Below, piece after piece: positions 49,134 through 58,102 of a DNA stretch of 64,000 nt. Made by a program: the position numbers and the translations under genes. Source of the stretch: Nitrospirota bacterium (GTDB taxonomy: Bacteria > Nitrospirota > UBA9217); assembly GCA_963751455.1 (NCBI GenBank), contig CAVVUN010000002.1:320001-384000 (forward strand). The letters are read 5' to 3'. The notes under the pieces were generated by a model that was not told the origin of the DNA, ran no database searches, and was given only the letters and a program-made list of their open reading frames with translations. How positions within the stretch are numbered: position 1 is the first letter of the stretch; each line of letters begins with the position of its first letter.

Positions 49134-49748
49134 TCAAGGTCTCTTCCCGGGAGTGAGAGTCCCTTCCTCACCCGAACCAATAAGATCCGCTGTTGGAATT
49201 AACCTGCAATTCTTTAGCTTATTCTTCTCAATAAACTCTTTCACTCTTTCTGTAACTATTATGAACTTCGGCAATGGCCATATAGTAAAAAAATCAGAGC
49301 CATCCCATTGCGATTCATCTACAAACAAACCTTTTCCAAAGTCTGTATATATTTTGTGACCGCATGCGGTGCACTCGTACTTTAACTTGATTTCTGATTT
49401 CGGATGTGCATTGCCGCCATTACCTATCACAATAAACTCCCACAACGGAGGCACCGCGTATTTGCTCCCTCTTCCAACCTTATCGACGCCAATAGGCTTC
49501 AGCGTGTAGCCGGTAAAACCTGCCTCTTCAAACAGTGTTGCCACTTCTTCCGTGATTATCCAATCACTCAGGAAAGTCGTTATAAAATGAGGTACCTTTG
49601 CAGACTTCAAGTCGATTTTTAAATCCCCGATTCTCGTGCCTGCACGCTGATGTCCTTTGTCGATAGGACATTTTATTCCTTCCCAGTCAGTTCCCTCAGC
49701 GAAATCTGCCCTACTATAATCTTTTATAGACAATTTATAAAAAATCAT
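49134..49748 (-). CDS. Immunity protein, double-CXXCG / Imm11-like
   Basis: CPIDKGH and CTACG; IITEEV..F..GFTG; DESQWDGSDFF; IIVTERVK; follows the toxin gene. Confidence 0.7.
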   Translation of the reverse strand: MIFYKLSIKDYSRADFAEGTDWEGIKCPIDKGHQRAGTRIGDLKIDLKSAKVPHFITTFLSDWIITEEVATLFEEAGFTGYTLKPIGVDKVGRGSKYAVPPLWEFIVIGNGGNAHPKSEIKLKYECTACGHKIYTDFGKGLFVDESQWDGSDFFTIWPLPKFIIVTERVKEFIEKNKLKNCRLIPTADLIGSGEEGTLTPGKRP

Positions 49749-49806
49749 TTAAATTCCCGAATTTCTAATGTACTTCCATTGCAAGATCAGCAATTGCTTT
49801 AGATTA

Positions 49807-51063
49807 CTATTTTAACCTTCGCCATGGTATGCCAAATTGTATCACCATTGTGTCAAGGTGTTCTAATATTTGTCTATCATTAGCAGTGGGGTTTTTCTCA
49901 AAAAACTGATACCAAGCTTTATTCCAGTTATTCTGCCCGGTGTGGATACCATATGGCTTAAAGATGTGAGCATCTGTTGCGAGGTTAACAGTGAATTCAT
50001 TTATGTTGAGACCTGCTTTTTCAAAATGTGGAGCAAGTGTTCTTGCCTGTGGTAAAAGATGGTGGACTTGATATCCCGGTATCCTTGCCATCTTCACCGG
50101 CATAAACATCAATGGCATTTCATAGAAAGAATGCGGTAACAGATAATTCGTAGTTTGAATGCCTAACCAATCAATACCAGCAGCTATGTAATTCCCAGCT
50201 TCCCAATTTTCGTCGCATCTACCCTTGATATAATCTCGAAATCCACTGAATAAGCCGCTTGACTCTCCTGTTATATCAGAATTATATCCTACTGTGCTGT
50301 TCCCCCATTCACTTCCCCAACTCAACGATGAATTGCCACTGTTTGAGTCATACGGCACAAAGCTACTTGATGAGTAGGGCGACGATAGCTGGTCATAATA
50401 ATTAAAATAACCATAATCCCTATTATAGGGGTCTGCATAAAAGGTAAGCGAGGTATCATATTCATCATACCCGCTGGGGTCAATATAGCGAAGCGGACTA
50501 TTCAAAACATAGCTGAACCGATTGAGCGCCTGTGGATTGGTAGGATCAGAGACTACTGGATTAGCGCTGATAAACCTTCCAATCGACGGATTATAGAACC
50601 GCGCATTGTAATTGTACAGCCCCGTCTCGGCATCAAACTCCTGTGAGGTGTACTTATGGTTCACGGACAGGAGTCCGTAATCGCTCAGTGTTTCTCCGAA
50701 AGGACGATAGCGGATGGTATACACTTTCTCCTTGGCGTAGCTTCCCGCCATGACCTCGAAATTCCCCATGGTCACGGTGCCCTGGCTGATTATGAGGCTG
50801 TTTACGAGCACGGAATTTTCGATCTGCTTCGTGTAGCCACAGTCGTATCCCCCCTTGATCGTTACGTTGACCGGGCGGTTGAGATTGAGTGGGATTGGCT
50901 CGGAGGTAAAGTTTACTGCGCGCGCCTGGATGATGTCGCCATTGACCGCTACATTATAGGCCACACGAAGCAACGAGTAATAATTATAGACCGATGTTCC
51001 GCGCAATATGCGGACAGGCGGTTTGGAACATGCGCTGTTCTGGATGGCCCCCGTCTGGGTCAC
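49807..51063 (-). CDS. Orphan Rhs core + DUF2380-like (HH-motif) toxin tip
   Basis: Rhs core LYNYNARFYNP..DPSG; tip HHLLPQ..F..GLNI..H..IH..WN..W..FF. Confidence 0.78.
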   Translation of the reverse strand: MTQTGAIQNSACSKPPVRILRGTSVYNYYSLLRVAYNVAVNGDIIQARAVNFTSEPIPLNLNRPVNVTIKGGYDCGYTKQIENSVLVNSLIISQGTVTMGNFEVMAGSYAKEKVYTIRYRPFGETLSDYGLLSVNHKYTSQEFDAETGLYNYNARFYNPSIGRFISANPVVSDPTNPQALNRFSYVLNSPLRYIDPSGYDEYDTSLTFYADPYNRDYGYFNYYDQLSSPYSSSSFVPYDSNSGNSSLSWGSEWGNSTVGYNSDITGESSGLFSGFRDYIKGRCDENWEAGNYIAAGIDWLGIQTTNYLLPHSFYEMPLMFMPVKMARIPGYQVHHLLPQARTLAPHFEKAGLNINEFTVNLATDAHIFKPYGIHTGQNNWNKAWYQFFEKNPTANDRQILEHLDTMVIQFGIPWRRLK

Positions 51064-52879
51064 GACCTGGGTGCGCCACCTTAATAGTTGCTATTCAATT
51101 TTCAAAGAACATCTGTGCACGATATCGTGGAAGTAACATTTGTGCCTATCGAATCCCAACCGCTTTGAGGAACTGGCCCATAATCAACTGAACTGCTAAA
51201 TAAACACATAGACATAAAAAGAAGCAATCATATATAACAATACTAAAACGCTGTTTATATTTCTCTGTTTCAAAGTTTCCATTTTATAATTCTCTTCGAT
51301 GATTTTGTATTTGTCGTGATAGACAAACGAAAAGTAAAGTATAATTGTGACCATGAATAACAGAAATAGCTGGACAACCTTGGGCAAGTGCTGAACATCA
51401 ACATTTATCAGACCTAGTTTTCGTAATAAAAGAACTATCGTAAGCACATTCAAAGACGCGAATATCGACACAATAAACATGGCCTTGTATTCAGGGACGT
51501 CTTCAGCTCCCCATTTTTTTAACTGCCACGTGTAAGTTCGGTAAAAAATATATTTATAAATATTCATCATATATCTCCTGGCACTCCCGGCATATTGTAT
51601 ATGACCGGAATGGGATACACTATTACAGGTGAAGGAGGACCTTCAAACCCACCCATCAAATCTGCGGCCCAGTAACCCACCCCGGCACCCACACCGAATG
51701 GCCCACCGATGAGTCCATAAAATCCAACACCCACATCCAGCGCTGATTTACTCGCTTTATCATAGTCACCCATTTGGTAAGCATTACGATACTGTCCGAC
51801 TGAGAGAAAAGTAGAAGACATAAAAGTCGCGTAGCCGCCCATCCTGAATAATTTTGCGTTTCTCAACGCAATAGAACGAGCGCTGGTCCATTGATTACCG
51901 CCCCAACGGTTAGAATACCATTTCGCGTTTATACCGCGCCAATAACCTTCAAATTCATTACTGTATTCGCCTGCCGCAGCCCCTGTACCTAATAGATTTA
52001 AAACACTCCCGGCAACGAAAGCAGTGTTATTATTCCACCGGCTTTCATTTTCATTACCAGTCGCGTCTGTGTTTGGCCAGGGTGTACTCGTATCATATCC
52101 GAAAGTGTAGGACGGCCAATTATTGCTTGCTAAGCTATGCAAGTCATACGGCACAGAGCTGTTTGATGAGTACGGAGAAGAGATCTGATCATAGTAATTG
52201 TAATAACCAGAACCACCCCAATCAGAATAGCCAATATTGTGCGAGTAAGCATAATAGGAGTCATATTCATCATACCCGCTGGGGTCAACATAGCGAAGCG
52301 GACTATTCAGGACATAGCTGTAACGGTTTAGCGCCTGAGGATTGGTAGGATCAGAGACTACCGGATTAGCGCTGATAAACCTTCCAATCGACGGATTATA
52401 GAGCCGGGCATTGTAGTTGTACAGCTCCGTATCGGCATCAAACTCCTGAGAGGTGTATTTATGGTTCACGGACAAGAGTCCGTAATCGCTCAGGGTTTCT
52501 CCAAAGGGACTGTAGCGGATGGTATACACTTTTTCCTTCGCATAGCTGCCCGCCATGACCTCGAAATTCCCCATTGTCACGGTGCCTTGACTGATTATAA
52601 GGCTGTTTACGAGCACGGAATTATCGATCTGCTGAGTGTAGCCGCAGTCGTATCCGCCCTTGATTGTTACGTTAACGGGGCGGTTAAGATTGAGGGGGAT
52701 TGGCTCGGACGTAAAGTTTACTGCACGGGCCTGGATGATGTCGCCATTGACCGCTACATTATAGGCCACACGAAGCAACGAGTAATAATTATAGACCGAT
52801 GTTCCGCGCAATATGCGGACAGGCGGCTTGGAACATGCGTTGTTCTGGATGGCTCCGGTCTGGGTCACAACCTGGGTGC
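50456..52879. repeat. ~620-bp direct repeat of the Rhs core (50456-51074 versus 52261-52879)
   Basis: Near-identical DNA at a constant offset of 1805 bp; differences mostly synonymous. Confidence 0.9.
51196..51570 (-). CDS. Membrane immunity protein for the main Rhs toxin
   Basis: Three hydrophobic helices; overlaps the toxin stop codon; AT-rich. Confidence 0.7.
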   Translation of the reverse strand: MMNIYKYIFYRTYTWQLKKWGAEDVPEYKAMFIVSIFASLNVLTIVLLLRKLGLINVDVQHLPKVVQLFLLFMVTIILYFSFVYHDKYKIIEENYKMETLKQRNINSVLVLLYMIASFYVYVFI

Positions 52880-55800
52880 TGCCGAGATGGTCGCCGTGGT
52901 AGTAAAGAACATCGGACCCGGTCTTCGTTGCTATGCGCGTGTCTCCGGCGAAGATGGCCTTGGCGCACGTATTCAATACGCACTCGTACAGTTTCCCAAG
53001 ATAGATGTTTTCGCCGCTCGAAGTAGATTTCTTGACCCGCGTACCCGCGCCATCGTACACGAAACTTGTGGTCGCGTTGTTTAGAGTGACGGACTGCGGC
53101 ATGTTGTCATAATCATACGTAATCGATCTGTAAACCGTTGAACCAGTGCTTTCTGTTATCAAATTCCCGTTCAGATCGTAGGAATACGTCATGCCGGTTG
53201 TAATGTTAGATTTAACAGCATGGGGATGGAGACCCGTGCTGTCAGTGTGGTCATAAGTGATGCCTTCTTTATAGCTGATATTACCAGTTTGGGAATAGTT
53301 ATAGAAAAGGTCGCTCACGCCTCCAAAGCTGGCGGCGTTCGGGGTCTGTGCATGCTGAATGCGGCCCAGACCGTCATACTCAAACCACTGAGTCATTGAG
53401 TAATCGACACTGTCGACAATGTTCTTAATATTTCCCCCTGGGTAATAATCATAGGCGAGATTAATGAGCGTCTGGTTCGTAGTCCCGGTGACGATTGATT
53501 GTAGGTCGTAGTTTGACGTGCTATACATGTAATTCGTAATAATGCCGTTGCCGTATGTAATCGTCCCGGGCTGGCCTATTGCATTATACCCGTTGTACGC
53601 CGCGTAATTAACAGCGGTGCCGGTTACAGACGAAAGGACGCCGGCAGTATAGGCATAGCTGACTGTTTCGTTATCAGGATAAGTAAGGCTTGCAGGCCTT
53701 CCGAGCGCATCATAGGTCGTCTTGAACGTATAAGAGGGAGTGACGTTGACGACTGATTTTGTTGTTTGGGATGTTCTGCCCAGCATGTCATAGTAATACT
53801 TTGTGGTGCCCGAGGCGTCGGACATTATTGAGAGTCTACCGACAGGATATGTGGTAGCTGCGTCATCTGGTGCGACATCGTAGGTGTAGTGAACGTCGGT
53901 CATGTTTACCGGTCCGTTTTTCGGATACTCTTTCCAGAGGAGCCTGTTCAATGCATCATAATGGAAGTATATGGGGTTCGTGCCCAAGCTATTAGCGTTA
54001 GCGTCCGTTTGGGAGGTAAGATTGTTGTTGGCGTCAAAGGAGTAGCTCCATTGGCCCATATCCGGATCTTTCATGTAATATTTTCTGCGGAGTGAATCGT
54101 AGCGCATTTCTGTTTGGTTGCCTTCGGCGTCCGTTACATAGCGGAGATTGCCGAGCACATCGTACTGGTATATGGTCGTCGCATAGGGCGCTCCTTGATC
54201 GGTCGTGCAGGAGGTGAATGCTGTACCAGGATTATATTCATCGACCTGTATAAGGCGGCCGAAGACATCTCTTGTTTCGCGCTTCTTATTGCCATCAGGG
54301 TCGATCCACGCCGTAACGCCATTCAGGTAGCAGGACTTTACAATCGTTCCATCAGAATTGGTTTTCTGCGTAACCCGGCCAACGGCATCATACTTTAACA
54401 CCTGTGTAGGATAGCTTGCAAGACCCTCGAAATAGGGGAGAGAAGAGATATAAACAGCGCCTCGAGCATCATAGGTTCTGTCGGTGCTGATCACTTTGTT
54501 GTCGGGTGCTTGGGAAAGGGTCTTGATGGTTCTTCCGAAGCCATCAAAGAAGACTTTTTTCCAGATAGTAGCGCCGGTTGAATAATCGATGGTTGAAGTG
54601 ACGGTTACATGCTGCTGTCCGACCGACCCAAAGCTATTATAAGAATATGACACCGTCCCATTTGAAGATGCAATCCCGTATGGATCAATTACCTTTGTTT
54701 TGCGGCCCAGAGCGTCATATTCGGTAGTGGTAGCGACGAGATTAGGGTCAATTACACTCGCCACCTGGCCATACAGTCCTTTGTCGGTCGATGCATTGAT
54801 CCCATAATATTGAATCGTTGTCCATTGGTCTTTGTCGTTTGTTTTACCTATAGGGTAAGTGTTTGTTGCTGTGTCATAGAAAATACGGGATTTTTTTCCA
54901 TTGCCATCGCGTGTGCAGACGAGGTTGCCGTATCCGTCCGAATCATAGGACATATTAATTTCGGGATCTGTTGCTCCTGTGGGCTTAGAATTGAGCCATC
55001 CGACGATTGTAGTAACATTACCGTGGGTTGGAATCTGGTTCGTGTACCCGGCCGGCATGGAACGTGTTTCACAGTCAGACGGATCATCATAATAGTATGT
55101 AGTAGAAGAGACTAGTTGTCCAGAAGAATCATATATCTTCTCGTACTTGGGCAGCCCGACTATGTAATTTTCGGTACTGTCCGTCGTGAAAGCCCTGGCT
55201 ATAGTCCGGTAAGGCGCTGATGCATTTGCAGAATTATACTCTTGTTCAGATGTTACGTTGCCATAGCCATCGTAGGAATAGTTTGTTTTTTTGTTCTGGC
55301 CGCTTGTGGAATCGTTGCACGTTGTCGTTGTGCTGCCGTCGCAAATATAGGTCTTAGTTGTATCAACTGCATTAAAATATCCGCCATTAGCGTTTATAAA
55401 GGAGTGGTAAATGATTGCCGATTCACTGTATATTGATCCGTTAGCATCAGTTACTCGTGTGTGATATGGCTTACCCTTTAAATCGGGTACTGGGGGATAG
55501 CATGCACATGGTTTGCCGGGTTCTGGTGAGCACGGCGTACAAGGTAAACCGGTAAGCACATTATAGTATTCAATCCCCTGGTGGAACCAAGTCTCAGTTA
55601 TTTTCCGCTCGTCATATGGGTCAGCAGGGCCGGTGACTGTTACATGATTGAAGCCTCGGAAGTCGCGCTCGGTGATGTGGTAGTAGCCACCTTCGTAGCC
55701 ATATTTTGTCTCGGCAAGATTGCCATTGCCGTCATCTCTTATAACAGAGCTGACGGTTTGAACTGAAAAAGGAAGCTGCACATTCGAATATTGTGTAGAT

Positions 55801-57986
55801 GGCGTATAGCTAATTCCCACGCTACCACCGATACTATTGAAAATCTTTATGAGGAGATTGCTCGCTTGGTCCGGATTGTCCGGATTGTCTGCCGGCCCAA
55901 CAGCTGTCGCAACCACCGGAATTCCCTGTGACGAAAACAAGTATCGGCCGCTGAGGAAAACAACATCAGTTCTGCCGTCGCCATTGAAATCGCCGATATG
56001 ATACCGTTTGATATTGTCGTTGCCCCATGTCATTGTGCCCCACGGCGATGAAAAGGTTTTAAAATTGCAACCGGCAGAAAGAGCTACCGAGAGGTTTCCA
56101 GATTGATCTATGAAAAGAATATCGGTCATGCCGTTTCCATCATAATCAGCAAACTTATACCGAGTAATATCGCCATTGCCCATTGAAATGGAAGGCATCG
56201 CAGTGATAAAAGCAGAACCCGTAGAGAATTCCGTTTGTATATTGCCGTTAGAGTCAATATAGATAATATCCGCCTTGCGGTCTCCATTAATATCACCAAC
56301 AGCGTACTGAGCCGGAATATCTCCATGACCCGAAGTTGCCCAGGGGTTTGAACTAACAACAAAACCTATTTCTGAATATGTGGCAACTTGAAGATTCCCA
56401 TCGCTGCCAATATAAAGAACATCTGCCTTTCCATCACCATTGAAGTCCGCAACTCTATACCTCGCCTCTTCACTATTACCCAATTTTGACGCAAACGTAT
56501 CAGAAACAAAACCGGCTGTTGAAGATCCTGTAGACAAATAAACATTCAACGTACCAGTCTGTACAGATAAAATATCAGCCTTTCCATTTCCGTCAAAATC
56601 TGCAACAAAATTCTGTTCAGGATTATATGCATTCACTGTAAGCCATTGTTCAACTGATCCAAAATTGGCGCCCGTAGATAGTGCAACATCAAACACACGC
56701 ACACCACTTATATAATCACGGTAGGATAAAAAAATATCTGCTTTACCATCTCCATCAAAATCTGCTGGATAAATTATCGTGTTGTGGGTATCGCCGATCC
56801 TGCCCCAAAGAGTCGTTATAAAATCAGATCCGGTCGATGAACCAACCGTCGCATATTCATTTCCCTGTGAATTAAGATAATCAATCCTAAGAATATCGCT
56901 GCGTCCATTTCCGTCAAAATCACTAATCTTATAATGACGTGACTCGACAAGATGGCCGAGACTTGATTTCGTACTGACGATAAAACCGGTGCTCTCCGGT
57001 GAGTAATCCATAATTGTTTCAGGCAATGGGCTCGTGCCATCTTTGCCTAATTGCTGGATGCCTCTTAAAAGAGTCCGAAAAGTATTGGCACTCTCTCTAT
57101 AGTTAAATTTATACGATCGAACGAGATTATTATTGGCAGTTATATCTATCCGGTCAAGGCGATACACGGTCTTGACCCCAAAATTCGGCGTGTATATTGT
57201 CACAGCATCCTGGCGTGCGCCGTCATCTCTTACGAACGTTATTCTGTTACTCGACATAATCGACGTGCTAGGCCATGTATAGTCTATATGATCCAGATAA
57301 ATATGTCCTTGATCTTTAAAATAATAATATTTTATATAATTGCCATTCGCGTCCATTTCTTGATCAAGGCACCATTTGAATACTTTACTCGCGTCGGCCG
57401 CAATATTATGGGCCGGATCGTCCGGTTGATCCTGTCTTGACTCGGAACTCTGGCCGAAGAAATAATGCGTGCCTGACTTGTCAATGACTTCCCAGGACGT
57501 AGGTCTTCCTGTTGTACTGTCCGTGGAAACCTTAAATTTTAAAAAACCAGTTTCTATTGTAGCGCGGTATTCGCCGTTTCCGATATTCGTCAGTCCTATA
57601 GTGTTTCCACCGGTTTTGAAAACGTAGCTATTTTTATCATAATTAACGCCGTTCTTTGTGCTACGCTCTATGGAGTCCACTTCAAGCTGCCATCCTAATC
57701 CAAGCCAACTATTTGACTGGTTGTTTTTATAAGTCAGGGTAAGTTTCGGTTCCATTCCGTTGCGTCCTGTGGGGACAAGAATGGGCATCAAATGTTTCAT
57801 CGCTCCCGTAAATAGGTCGGGAGTTGCTCCATCAAATTCTGAGGATGCATTATTGTCTTCGATTATTGATGATTTAAAAGATAGAGATGAATTGTCGTCA
57901 GCATCTTCTTCTCCAAATGCTGGAAAACGGAAGACTGTAGATATGAGAAGGATAAATAGGGAGAAAAGACAAAGCAGCTTCTTCAT
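51567..57986 (-). CDS. Secreted SpvB/FG-GAP/TcdB-mid/YD-repeat Rhs polymorphic toxin
   Basis: Signal peptide; SpvB-like GRNGMEPKL.L.Y..G.GW; DF.GDG..D repeats; RDFRGF; YD repeats; DHLGS..YSPFG..DPSG; Gly/hydrophobic tip. Confidence 0.9.
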   Translation of the reverse strand: MKKLLCLFSLFILLISTVFRFPAFGEEDADDNSSLSFKSSIIEDNNASSEFDGATPDLFTGAMKHLMPILVPTGRNGMEPKLTLTYKNNQSNSWLGLGWQLEVDSIERSTKNGVNYDKNSYVFKTGGNTIGLTNIGNGEYRATIETGFLKFKVSTDSTTGRPTSWEVIDKSGTHYFFGQSSESRQDQPDDPAHNIAADASKVFKWCLDQEMDANGNYIKYYYFKDQGHIYLDHIDYTWPSTSIMSSNRITFVRDDGARQDAVTIYTPNFGVKTVYRLDRIDITANNNLVRSYKFNYRESANTFRTLLRGIQQLGKDGTSPLPETIMDYSPESTGFIVSTKSSLGHLVESRHYKISDFDGNGRSDILRIDYLNSQGNEYATVGSSTGSDFITTLWGRIGDTHNTIIYPADFDGDGKADIFLSYRDYISGVRVFDVALSTGANFGSVEQWLTVNAYNPEQNFVADFDGNGKADILSVQTGTLNVYLSTGSSTAGFVSDTFASKLGNSEEARYRVADFNGDGKADVLYIGSDGNLQVATYSEIGFVVSSNPWATSGHGDIPAQYAVGDINGDRKADIIYIDSNGNIQTEFSTGSAFITAMPSISMGNGDITRYKFADYDGNGMTDILFIDQSGNLSVALSAGCNFKTFSSPWGTMTWGNDNIKRYHIGDFNGDGRTDVVFLSGRYLFSSQGIPVVATAVGPADNPDNPDQASNLLIKIFNSIGGSVGISYTPSTQYSNVQLPFSVQTVSSVIRDDGNGNLAETKYGYEGGYYHITERDFRGFNHVTVTGPADPYDERKITETWFHQGIEYYNVLTGLPCTPCSPEPGKPCACYPPVPDLKGKPYHTRVTDANGSIYSESAIIYHSFINANGGYFNAVDTTKTYICDGSTTTTCNDSTSGQNKKTNYSYDGYGNVTSEQEYNSANASAPYRTIARAFTTDSTENYIVGLPKYEKIYDSSGQLVSSTTYYYDDPSDCETRSMPAGYTNQIPTHGNVTTIVGWLNSKPTGATDPEINMSYDSDGYGNLVCTRDGNGKKSRIFYDTATNTYPIGKTNDKDQWTTIQYYGINASTDKGLYGQVASVIDPNLVATTTEYDALGRKTKVIDPYGIASSNGTVSYSYNSFGSVGQQHVTVTSTIDYSTGATIWKKVFFDGFGRTIKTLSQAPDNKVISTDRTYDARGAVYISSLPYFEGLASYPTQVLKYDAVGRVTQKTNSDGTIVKSCYLNGVTAWIDPDGNKKRETRDVFGRLIQVDEYNPGTAFTSCTTDQGAPYATTIYQYDVLGNLRYVTDAEGNQTEMRYDSLRRKYYMKDPDMGQWSYSFDANNNLTSQTDANANSLGTNPIYFHYDALNRLLWKEYPKNGPVNMTDVHYTYDVAPDDAATTYPVGRLSIMSDASGTTKYYYDMLGRTSQTTKSVVNVTPSYTFKTTYDALGRPASLTYPDNETVSYAYTAGVLSSVTGTAVNYAAYNGYNAIGQPGTITYGNGIITNYMYSTSNYDLQSIVTGTTNQTLINLAYDYYPGGNIKNIVDSVDYSMTQWFEYDGLGRIQHAQTPNAASFGGVSDLFYNYSQTGNISYKEGITYDHTDSTGLHPHAVKSNITTGMTYSYDLNGNLITESTGSTVYRSITYDYDNMPQSVTLNNATTSFVYDGAGTRVKKSTSSGENIYLGKLYECVLNTCAKAIFAGDTRIATKTGSDVLYYHGDHLGSTQVVTQTGAIQNNACSKPPVRILRGTSVYNYYSLLRVAYNVAVNGDIIQARAVNFTSEPIPLNLNRPVNVTIKGGYDCGYTQQIDNSVLVNSLIISQGTVTMGNFEVMAGSYAKEKVYTIRYSPFGETLSDYGLLSVNHKYTSQEFDADTELYNYNARLYNPSIGRFISANPVVSDPTNPQALNRYSYVLNSPLRYVDPSGYDEYDSYYAYSHNIGYSDWGGSGYYNYYDQISSPYSSNSSVPYDLHSLASNNWPSYTFGYDTSTPWPNTDATGNENESRWNNNTAFVAGSVLNLLGTGAAAGEYSNEFEGYWRGINAKWYSNRWGGNQWTSARSIALRNAKLFRMGGYATFMSSTFLSVGQYRNAYQMGDYDKASKSALDVGVGFYGLIGGPFGVGAGVGYWAADLMGGFEGPPSPVIVYPIPVIYNMPGVPGDI

Positions 57987-58102
57987 GATAGACTTCCTCC
58001 TTTAGCACAGGTTATTCTTAAAACAAACTTGACCAAAATATCTAAAGCCTCTATACGGACATTTTCCCGTGATGGCCATCTCAATAGAGATAAAAAAATA
58101 CA

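Noticed and set aside
48965-49180. 71-aa ORF as a real gene
   Set aside because: Overlaps the upstream immunity gene and has no RBS or motif; at most a gene remnant.
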